DNA of 64,000 nt from Phoronis australis (taxonomy: Eukaryota; Animalia; Phoronida): the NCBI GenBank assembly GCA_002633005.1, contig NMRA01000040.1, forward strand, positions 327,362 through 391,361. Reading direction: 5' to 3'. Positions 53,001 through 64,000 of this stretch are shown here, one piece after another. Below the pieces are notes generated by a model. The model did not search any database and was not told the origin of the DNA. It worked only from the letters and a program-made list of their open reading frames with translations. A program made the translations under genes and the position numbers. The stretch's first letter is position 1. Every line of letters begins with the position of its first letter.

Positions 53001-55411
53001 CCATTAAGCCTAAAATTGGAGATCTTAATAGTGCAAATACCTAGTTACAATGGTAACGGCACCCAATTCAGCTTAGCAGCACATCTAAATTTCAAAAGAA
53101 ATTAGAGGGAAGAAAATTGATTTTCTGAGATCAGCCTAAGGAATCGAACCTGCAATCTCCGCTGTCTCTTAACCCTACTAGATAAATGGCAGAGCATTTA
53201 AGAGTTCTTAACTTGTAAAGTCATCGGCTTTGACTGATTTTGGCGAATGACTGGCAGACAACGGCAAGTGTTGGTGACTTGTAGTTAAATCACAAAAAAA
53301 CACCATGTACCTAAGCATTTAAGTTTCGGCAAATTTGGTTGATTTGCAAAAAAAATTGACGGACAACGAATGTCGTATCGAAAACTGAAAACGGCCAATA
53401 TGAGGTTCCACGGTAGAATCCGTAAGAAAATCGACTGGTGCCGTAGCATACTGAGGCTGGAGCATACCTGACACATAACTTTGTAAAATTTCTGTACGAT
53501 CCGTCAAGCGGTTCAACGAACAAACAGACATAAAAATGGATGGACGGCGAATGGATGCTGGCTATGCAACCGGTAAATTTCTGCAGGGGCTTACAACATG
53601 CCAACAGAGGGTGCTAGGGTAGTCGAATGCGGTATCTGCTGCAAGTCTACGCTCTGACACAGCGCCACCTATACTGAAAAGTTGTCCTGTGGAAACATGA
53701 TGGACGATACACGGAATTCCGTGCGCATGCTTGGTCGGAAATTTATCGATCACATCACCACCACTTGCACAAGTCATGCCTTTCTATGCACTGCACCTAT
53801 TTGGGCTTAGCCACTGGATCAGGTCCTCCTTTATTTTGTTTACTTCGATCGCTACCTGGTTTAATAATATACAACTATTTAAGTCAAAAGTGGTCGCCAT
53901 ATTACGTAACAGTAAGGTGAAAGGGCTTTCCAGATTTCAACCAATGGGAATGACTGAATATTATGAATTCGATTTCATTACTTTAACTAATGAGAAGCCA
54001 TGATCGATAGTAATTCAACAGTGCTACCTGTGAAAGCGTGTAGTGCAAGTCCTGTGACTTTCAAGCTACACAACGATTGCTTTCGTCTCTAAAGTTTGCA
54101 TGTGCGCAAATACTGTTCATCTCCAAGATGAAATTTGAAGCTACGAAAATAACCGAAATGTTTATAATGGCCTGAAGTTTGAGGCTACAAAAATACTTGT
54201 GATGTTTCGCATGCCATCGAAGGGCATCATCCGAAACACCTCTGGTATTTTCGCCAGCAGCCTCAAATTAGCTCTCGGAGGTGTTTCATATTTGCGTATG
54301 TGAGAAATTCGATCATTACAGCAAAGCAGCAGGAATTTTGTCAAGAGACTGATAAAATCATGGCTTCAAGCTAGTAGGTCTCATAACGGTTATCTTCAAT
54401 CTTTTGCTCTGCTCTCCCTTGAGGGATTAGAAAATTTGGTGCATGAATGAATCTTGTCGATCACTATCTAGAATATATGCCATCGGTTTCTACCTCTGAC
54501 TTACTGTTATAGAGTTATTCGAAGTTTACTGATCTGAGTGTTCTTGTATTGGTCTATCTCGTGAACGCTACAGATCGACATGAAATTTATACACAATAAC
54601 ATGTATCGCGTGAAAAGATAAAGGTATGTTTTTTGGGTGAGAAATCGGGCGCAATATGGCGCTGTCACCAGTGTTCGAGCTTCAGAAAATAAATATGCTG
54701 GCCCGCCGGGCCTATTACTTGAATATGCGACCTTTTCCACAAAGGGCATATATCACGGCGGATCCAGGATTTTGAGCTAAAGGAGGGCCAGGGCAGAGTA
54801 TTGGTTAGGATTTTGCTCGTCAGACATTCGCACTCCCGAACTGCCAAATGAAAATGGGAGAATTTTAGGGGGCCTTGACCCACTATAAATCCGCCACTGG
54901 TTCCTTTGATCCTTAGTGTAGGCCTAATTCCTTTTTCTCGCTGGTCATTGTGTTTTTTAACACTGGTCTCGGCATGTGCGTTTCTTTCACTATTCACGCT
55001 AATAATTTGGCAATGCTAGCCACAACATGGAAGTTCTAACCTTTCTCGGAAAGAGACAAATCGGAGAAACCCTAGACTAGTGGAGAAAATCTGTATTTCT
55101 TTTAACAAAAAAGAAGGTACGGTAATCGAAAAATTGCTACATATTATTACAACTGCTCAGTTTATAGCTACCTGTATAATGCTTTGGTTACAGGTTGAGT
55201 ATTATATCCAAGCGAACGAAAGTTACCCTACGTTTCCTACAATCAATCTTTGTCCATGTGAATAGCGTCAGAGATGCACTGAACCTTTTTATGTGTACGA
55301 GGTTTTTTTTTACCCAAAGTCAGTAATGGCTTTGACTAAGCATCATTTTGCTGGACGAGCGATCGGGATTTTTTGAATGATGCAAACTGGTGTTCTTTGT
55401 TTATTATAAAA

Positions 55412-56135
55412 CATTTATGATCGACATATGTCCCGGATAATAGATAAATGATACGTGCGTCGGCAAGCTCGTTACCAGCGATGAAAGGAGACTGATGTAG
55501 GCGATATAAGGTCATTTATTATGACTAGTACAATTACAATAAAATGAATACAGGTAAATAAGTATAATAGGTAATCTCTGGTAAGATGGGCAATAAAAAG
55601 CGCCGGCCACGTGGAAGTACGAGAGAATGACGAAAACTGGGAGGAAGAGGGTGGGAAAATTGAATGAGATTTTGACGTACGACAATGTGGCCGGAACAAA
55701 GTGAATTGAAAGCGAGGTTACAATAACAAAGAAAAACGCCCCTAAAGACACGTGACAATCATCAGCCTATAAGAGCCAAGAGCTGACCAAACTCGAGGCA
55801 CGTGGTAACAACAGACCAATGCGAAGGCTGGAAAAACGTCGTGTAGTCCTGCACAAGGGAATAATGGAATAGACCAAGATGAGGGGGAAAAGGAGTAAGG
55901 CGAGTCCATATGCTCACATAAATATATTTAACGAGTGAAATACCATTTATGATCGACATATGTCCCGGATAATAGATAAATGATACGTGCGTCGCAAGCT
56001 CGTTACCAGAGATGAAAGGAGACTGATGTAGGCGATATAAGGTCATTTATTATGACTAGTACAACTACAATAAAATGAATACAGGTAAATAAGTATAATA
56101 GGTAATCTCTGGTAAGATGGGCAATAAAAAGCGCC
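55412..56135 (+). repeat. Near-identical ~192-bp direct repeats (55412-55604 and 55944-56135)
   Basis: CATTTATGATCGACATATG...GGGCAATAAAAAGCGCC occurs twice, 339 bp apart, with no N between. Confidence 0.8.
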
Positions 56136-56330
56136 ACAGAGGCTGGAATGAGGTCATTTTTTCTCCATGTTATTCGAATATAGGGTTCAGTTGCCACAGT
56201 ACAGCTCCTTGTGCTTAGATTGTTTACATAGGGCGCTTAACTATATTGTCTTTTTGTCAACGGAAAAACCTTTGGTCACATTTTGATATTCACAGAATTT
56301 TTTTGACCTGATGCTTAACCTTGGTATTTC

Positions 56331-56879
56331 TCTCGCTGGTTCCCTGAGTGCCGCTAGGTGGTAGCCAGCACGCAGGTATCACTTAGTTTTCCTCGAGATT
56401 TTTTTACATCGGCGTTTGTGATTGGCTGGTCGAATTCTCAACAGGCAGCGCTGACGAAGGAAGTGTAAATGAGGTGTGTTGTACAGACAAATCGGTGTTT
56501 AATTCATGTTTAAGAAATGTGAAATCCAGAAAATTGTGGTTGCGCCTTTTCAGAGTGGATCTTTCTACTATCGCTGACTTTTTGTTTAGGTTGCTGTTCT
56601 GTATTCCGAGTCAATACTGTATGAATAACACACCAGTTAAATAGGCCAGATGTGTCTTTATCGTACATGTATGTGGTTATTAAACATTACTGCAAAGTCG
56701 ACCTAGTTGCTGTTACCGTGATGCCATTTGAATCACAATGCTCAAAATCGTTCATAGACCGCCATTTTCTCACTTTGTTGTAAAGCTAACCAATCACTGC
56801 CGAGGTGACATCAACCAATGGTAAAGCGCGTGCTACCTGTGTGCTGGCTACCACCTAGCGGTACGCAGGAACCAGCGAA
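56331..56879. mobile_element. MITE with ~45-bp TIRs and 8-bp TSD GGTATTTC
   Basis: TCGCTGGTTCCCTGAGTGCCGCTAGGTGGTAGCCAGCAC / GTGCTGGCTACCACCTAGCGGTACGCAGGAACCAGCGA; GGTATTTC at 56323-56330 and 56880-56887. Confidence 0.7.
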
Positions 56880-57945
56880 GGTATTTCCATCCTCCTTGAG
56901 AATTGTGCAAATTTTTGACTAGTCACAGTACATTTGTGGTTCAGAATTTTACTGGGTATTTCCAACCTACGAAATAGAAGGAAGGTGAATTTTTTCTCAC
57001 GTCTCTTGACTCTGTGGTATTGACTTGACTTGCGTTCGGTAGACGAGAGAACATCGCGTAAATTCTAGAGCACGCAAGACTTCGCGAGATATTGGTATGT
57101 TTTCCAAGTGAATCACGTGGTCACACTAACTTCCTCCAAGAGATTCTCGCGTCTACGTAAGTCAACTCATTTCAGTAGGATTATATTATTTTCTACTATG
57201 CAACAGCTATCCTTTTGTGTGGACGACACGATGGTGCCCCTTTTGTACCTTAAAAGTTAAGGGCATCTCGCTGTTGTTCAGTTGTCAATGTTGAACTCTA
57301 ACCCTTACAAAAAATTAATTCGATTTTTCGTTGACAACGTTTGTATGACGAAAAACGTAATTTTTGGAAGAATGGGACATAACGGATTTTACGGATGGGG
57401 TGGAATAGACTTTAAGCATTTACTTTGACCAGGGGCCAGTTGCATAAAAGTTATACGCCATGTAGCAACAATTACGTCGCATGTTGTTATTGTTGAACAA
57501 TGCATCTGACGTCATGCAACAATAAAACTTATCCAGCGGTTAATTTTGAAGTTTTATGCGACCCAGCCCAGGAGTGTGAATGAACAACAAGTCGCCAATT
57601 CTCGCCGCTATCTTCCAACCATTCGCTGAAATCAATGACGGTGTTTGATTCAGCTTCACCAGCGGTAATTCAATTCGACAGCTTGAATTAGACATGCATA
57701 TTTAACATGCATGTCGAAAAACAATCCTTTTTACGCAAATTCAATTTTCTGTTCGTGAAAGCCAGTGCCTCATGACGTATAGTGGAGTTAATCAGTTGCT
57801 CTGTGATGACGAGAACGATTGGGAAACTGTGGCAATGATGACGACGCCTGTTGCGTTGCATTTTTGAAACTTTTCCCACTTGATTATACTCAATATTTGA
57901 GAATAAGAGAACGTTTAAAACACAAATACTCCATTTGAATAATTT

Positions 57946-59556
57946 TTATCGTAAAAAATTAAAAATAATAGAGTTATGAGTTGATTCGCTCTCAATCTTC
58001 TTTATGATTGGCAGCATGTTTTGTGGCCGGCTTTTTGTGTCATCCGACCGGCACAGCAATCCTAGAAACAGGAGGGTGTGTATCGCTTCTTTGTAAATGG
58101 CAGGAGCTTTTTCTTGCAAGGCATGACAAACGTCGGTAATGCTAATTCCAAACGAATAAACATCCGTGAGCACGGATGTTGACTCCCCGTCGCGAACCTC
58201 GGGTGCCAGGTGCTCACATGTGTTGCTGCCGTATCTCAATAAAGAGACATCTGTCAGTAGTTACTTGTACTACCTAAAGACACACTATCAGTAAAACAAC
58301 CACTGCGTCTAGCATCGTTTACAAGAGGCCCGTGTCTTGGCAACCTTGCTACAGCAAAATAACCAGCCTTAACAAACTTAAATGATCTAAGTGTTAGCTA
58401 ATTCTTAACACAGAAATCGCCTGTTTTGAATAAGGAACAAACTAAGAGCATTTTCATGAGAGTAGGTGCACTAAAGCAACAGTTGGGTTCATTAGATCTA
58501 AGCTGTTTACGCTTCACTTGCGGCAAGAAATCGTCGCGTGTGGAACGGTAACAGCGAATTTTATCCCATGATTCAGCATCTCGAGCTCGCCGAGCAATCC
58601 CTTCGATTACTTCCATTATTGCAAGTGAACGCTAATAAGCGCGAGAAGCATTCGCATTTCCCGTGGTATTGCGTGATTTTGAGTTTTCGTTAGACGCTTG
58701 GGTTTACGGAACGCTCCCAGCTTGAACAAGAAATACGTATCATTCCTACTATTGCAATATGAAATATAATCAAATTTTATCCCTGGCAATGCCGGAATTG
58801 TAAGTTTTAACAATCAATCTCTTCAGTGTACATGTTACAATACTATTTTTCCATCTATTTTATATTTTCTTCTAGTCGTTTTACTTTTTTGGTTGATTTG
58901 AATTGAAACTAGACAAGATTTTTCGACTTTTCGCTTTTCTTTCAGATTATTCTGGGAATCATATGGATTTTCAACGACCATTGATAACCGAGAGAATGCA
59001 AGGACACGCGGCGTTTGTTCTTAACAAATCCGCTTACCGAAAACCTTTCTTTATGGTCGCATGTCCAAAATCAATCAATTTCACTTTGTTGGTTTGTCGT
59101 TCCACCATTACATTCTCGGTGTGGAAATCATTAAGCAATATATCTCTTCTGTGAGCGCGATGAACTGCTTTTGCGGCTTTCAGTAATACCTTCACAATTT
59201 CTGGAATAGGCAGCGATACCTCGCTCACATTTTCAAGATGGTGGTCTATGTAATCTGCGAGTGTAAAACCGTCTATTAGTTCCATGACAAGACAAACTAT
59301 CGGCGGGGCTTCGTCGTCAACCGTTGGTGTCAAATACAAGCCGAACGGTTTAGGGTCGCATCTGTACCGAGTAAGGGCCCGTAGACATCGGTATTCTGTC
59401 TCAGCTGTTGAGTTCACGTCGTTTTCATTCACGTAATTTTTTACACAAACTTTTTGCTCAATACCCGTAGCGTCATTTACGAACGTCCCAAGGCACACTT
59501 TGCCTGAAATTCCTTCGCCGATCACAGCGTAATCCTCGTTTCCTCTTACATCGTAT
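57946..59556 (-). CDS. Divergent protein kinase catalytic domain (two exons seen; 5' start exon unresolved)
   Basis: Exon 59556-59038 (IGEGISGKV Gly loop, VCVK, alphaC Glu, LVMEL, LNDFHTEN catalytic loop, IDFG; donor CG|GTAAGC) joins in phase 2 to 58234-57946 (HLAPE, TDVYSFG, C..RP). The second acceptor is a weak GAG. There is no in-frame ATG before the Gly loop. Confidence 0.72.
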
Positions 59557-60701
59557 CTATAAAGAGAAAAAAAATGTTGAACAAACTTAGATTTGTCAGT
59601 TTAGCTAGTTGGATGCGCTGGCTCAGATTCTTCAATTTCGCGAAGGGGCCGCGCGATTACTGCTAAGAGCGTATGAAGCAGCTTGGTCCATAACAGTGGC
59701 GGATCTACGTTTTCAGTAAGGAGGGGTTTAGGATTACCGCAAAGGTCGAATGCGAGGCGCGTGGAGACGAGCGGGGGGAGGTCGGGAGGGGTTTTTATAG
59801 CCAAATATTGAAATTTCCATGCATCCTGGTACATTTCTGGCACTTAAAAGGTCTCTGGAGTTTTTCGTGAGATAATTTAAAACCTTTCTCGATTGTCGTC
59901 ACATGAACTTTGCTCATAAGTTTCGTGAAGAAATATTTGTGCACATCTGGGTGTGAGTCACGCCACCAGCAAAAATTTTTGTTGGAACATCTGAAAACAG
60001 TTTCACGAAACCAAAACATTCTGTACACCGTGTTAAAAAGATATACAGGACCAGTTCGCAGAGGGACCAGATGTACACTGAGAGTACACAGTAAAAAGAC
60101 TGGCCTGGTCTGTCACGAGACCAAAAGTACACCTGTGCTTTTTATCCCTTTAAAAATAGTCGATCTGTCGTTGGACCAAACAGTGCTGGCTGAGATAAAT
60201 AGTTTTACAAAGCACAGTTTGGAAAAAGCATCACAAGACTAATTCGCCGAGGGACCAGAAATACACTGAAACTCAATATTTACACAAATCAAGCTGGCTT
60301 GGTCCGTCGCGAGACCTAAAGTGTACTATGCAAAAAAAATTGTATTGAAAACTTCTCTCTAGACACACAGTGGTTGATCATACGTGTATTTTACACATCT
60401 GGTCGTCAACTGCTGCGAGAGGTTGTCTAGGAAGGGTTTTCGCACCGTTCCGTAGTACTCACTGGAAGAAACAAATATTGAGTACAAATTTTACTACGCA
60501 CTACGTGAAATAGATTTTGGATATGAAGCAGATAGAGCCAAGTGGAAATACAAACCAGAATCAGTTTCTGTGCGCTCGTAGACCCTCTGCTGTACTGGGT
60601 AAATTTGGCGTGTAGAAAAATAATTTCTATTTCGTTTTCATTGTACAATAGCATAAAAAACCGACATTATATACAAACTGTGTAGAATTATCACTTATTA
60701 C

Positions 60702-61300
60702 CTGGGTGTTTCTCCAGGAACGTTAGTCCTATCCTGTTTTCTAGACTGCCGAGGAATCTGTATATCGGATCCAATGGTTTGTTCGTCTTGGAACCATTCA
60801 ACCCAGACATCTTGGATGTTTGTTCAGTTCCCAACGCTTGCACTTCGTCAACTGCTGTGTCAATGAAGTTTTAAGCCTCTACAATGTCAGCATCTCGTTT
60901 CGCAGCTCAGTTGGCACCAAGCCCCCTGAGGTTGCCAAGTCAATTCAAAAGACTTACATGCGCAACTAAATTTGATCCGTTCATCATGGACTACTTCAAA
61001 CCTTGACGATGTATCCCAGGACCTATTTGCATCTCTTGCAAATTTCGAAATAAGCGTCCCAATGTCTGAACGCTTGAAACCCGAAGTACTAACATCAAAT
61101 AAATGCCCATGGGCATGGGCGTTTCATCGGGTGGGCCTTTCTGCGGAAATTCCCAATATAGAAGACAGCAGTGGTGCTTATTGCAGGTAGAAAGACGGTA
61201 GGTGTTGAGATCGGAACTAGGGCTCCTTAGGAGGCCTATTGAACATCGCACGAGTCTCGCAAGGCTTTGTTGTGAAAGTACAGCCTCCCTGCAATTTCTG
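60702..61300 (-). pseudogene. Decayed hAT-superfamily (THAP12/ZMYM1-like) transposase fragment
   Basis: Frameshifted and stop-interrupted motifs in the expected order: PCETR (compare LCETRW), KRDADIVEA*NFIDTAVDEV, and IQIPRQSRKQDRTNVPGETP (compare PR..RQ..R.N.P..TP). Confidence 0.5.
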
Positions 61301-64000
61301 GTACTGTACACTGTTCGCGAATGCGGTCACTTTGTCAATATGAGTGCACCCTTGGTCATTCCATGTATAGACATAACTTGTTAGAGTGCATCTTCAAACG
61401 GACTCGCGACCAGACCACGGCGTCCGCCACAATAACAATTCTTCGGAAAACGAGTTATTTTTTTTTCAAAAATATTACGTATACATGTACACTGTATGAT
61501 ATTGCACAAGACAACTTTACTATACACCAGTCAAATTCGAGTTACAAACGTGTGGAGTATGATGGAATGACACGGCATGACAGATGAGGTAAAAACGTTG
61601 CACGTCAATTCGCCGGAATATCAGGGTTGCGGCACCACAGTATATCCCCTAATCAAATCAAAACATATCCTAGAGTAAAGAAGCTAGTTACCTAAAGAAA
61701 TCAGCTATAGAGCTGCTCTTTCAGCGGTGGATCCACCTAAAATGCTTGGCTACTTCAGAAGTGTCGACGGAAGCGCGCGCACAATGGGGCTATTCGGAAA
61801 ATTCACATTAACTAGAGGGTGCGCGTGTACTATAGTGGTGATCCATGAACAGCCTGATTTCGCGAGCCCTTTAAATACATGGTGAAATGGCTTGCAGCTG
61901 TGCCAACTGAATCTGAGATTCCGTGAAAAGGGTGCTTCTATGAGAGGAAGTAAGCACACCCTAATACAAAGGTAAGGTTTATGGTTATTTTAACGATTAT
62001 TCTATGTTTATTCTATTGATGCCTGTTAACTGAGGTACTCGCCGATGTCGACTTCGCGGCAGTCGCCAGTTAGGTTAATCTTTGTTTGTTGTGATGTGTG
62101 TTACGATACTTGACGTAGCACTCGGAATCTTTTCGTACATCAAAGCAGTATTATTGTTTGGAATGATTTCCAACAGGTTTATCAGTGACAGTTACATCAA
62201 TCAATGCTGAATGTTTATGCTGTCAATTCTGGCTAATGAGTTAAGATTACAATCCAAGCCCAATGGCGAAGGGTAAGTGACAAATATCCATTAGACTATC
62301 CTATGTCTTCCGGAAATCTAATACACGTTGAAATGGAAATCTATCATGTCTGTTTTCACGTGACCTTTGGTTTTTAGGTTTGAGGTCTCAAGCTGTACCG
62401 TGCTGAGGAGATATGCGTCGCTTCTGCACCGTCCCTGAATTGACAAAAATTGGTTTTAAGCAATTGACTGCAGCTAAGCGGCAAGATCTTCCCGTCCAGT
62501 GCAGATCTGTTGTCAAAGCCTACTTTCTGTATCGGAGACAACGAACAAAGCCTTTGAAAAGGAACAGTTATTTTTTAAAGAAAGGTATGTAACTGAGTCA
62601 TTTTGTTAATTTACTTATTCTGGTCCTCAGCGGGGGATTGGCATAGGGGGTTGGGGTTATAAAATTTAGTGCAACTGACTCTGGAAATAACAGGTAATAC
62701 ATGTTTGATGGAAAGAGAATGGTGAGGTAATTCTTAACCTTCATGAAGCTCCTTCGAGTTTATTTTATGAAACCGTTTTGCTATCAATAATTCAATTGTA
62801 AACCCATAAAAATATATTACATTTTCTGAATTTTCAGTGACTGAGTGTTAACTCATGCGTTGAAATGTTGCAAGTCATTTATAAATTCAAATGACTGTCA
62901 TTTTTTGTGAAAATTGCTTTTTTGATGGTGCTTTACGATTTGTAATTACTCTTAAACAACAGAATGATTATCCATCATTTTTTAAATGACCCAAGTATTC
63001 ATATCTTCTATTAGAACAAAAATAAAAAGTCTGAGAAACCGTTCCCTCAGCCTTAGACCAGAAGTATGCTTGACAGACCCATGAATCTGTAATCGTAGTT
63101 TAAAGTTGCTGAAAGGATCAAAAATATATCTTGAAAATGGATAACAAAAGTTTGAAGTTGTCTCAAAAAGCTTGCATATTTTGCAGACAAGTGATGCGTT
63201 TAAAGAATTGTTATGGCTACGAATGAAAGATAAAGACGCAGTTTTATACAATACTTATTGTGTACACCCTTGCTTTCTGAAAATAGTAATTATTTTTTGT
63301 GAAATTGTAGAGCAGTCACCATATCATATTTTTTGAAGAACAGGGGTAGCAGTTTTAACCCAACCTGGACTACTTAATTATTTATATTTCAATATTTGTT
63401 CCAGGTTCAATGACATTTTAAGACCACTTCAAGCCGCAACACAGACAAGCTTTGTTACTCCTTTCTCTTTCCAAAGCATTTACACATACCAGCAGTGCTG
63501 CATGGCACAACGTACAAGTCAGTGGCCCCGGAGAAATGTGAATCGCAGTACTAAGTTACCATAAAACCATGTGCCAGTGGATTGTTTGTGTATGAAGAGA
63601 AACTATATCTGACTGCTACACAAGTCAGTCTCATTGGTGAGGATGCCCTTTCATAAGCACTGAGTCATGTGTGGACAATAGCTTATTTCCTAAATCCTTG
63701 AAGAAACATGAATGACTGAAGCTAAAGAAGACCGACACTCTGGTCTAGTTCAGGGTCAGATTTTGAGCACAAAACAAGTCAAGTGAAAGGGGAAATGACA
63801 TTCAGTGACTGCATCGATTGTCTTATTGTCAGTAGAAAGCCCGTTAATGTTACACTTTGATGATGGAATAATTTTTTTCATCAACAGGCAAGTTTGTCAC
63901 TAATTATTGAAACCACAATATTTCTTCAGTTTTAAAGCCCCATACAGTGCAGTTGTGCTTATTCTTTATAAAGCTGAAATGATTACCGAATATGCTTACG

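Noticed and set aside
61400-64000. Coding exons in the last 2.6 kb
   Set aside because: Only short ORFs with no recognisable motifs or consistent splice chain.

Overview
Intron-rich, AT-rich animal genomic DNA, probably a marine invertebrate; the species cannot be determined from the sequence. The left half holds a complete 13-exon EXOSC9/RRP45 gene (+) tail-to-tail with a complete 9-exon cyclin A gene (-), the same arrangement as human EXOSC9-CCNA2. A secreted coiled-coil plus CASPR-type fibrinogen-like-domain gene is nested antisense in EXOSC9 intron 7. The right half is repeat-rich: MITEs with target-site duplications, THAP and hAT relics, and a tRNA-derived SINE head. It also contains the best novelty candidate, a 3-exon gene that the ORF track splits into fragments (42935-38450, -). 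This encodes a 183-aa precursor with a signal peptide, an acidic pro-region, a KR site and a 97-aa mature domain (about 27 Arg/Lys, no Asp/Glu) with neurotrophin/Spaetzle-like cystine-knot cysteine spacing. A divergent protein kinase lies at about 58-59.6 kb. Three tandem duplications abut N bases and are probably haplotype assembly artefacts. All gene models were spliced and translated by eye; no searches were run.
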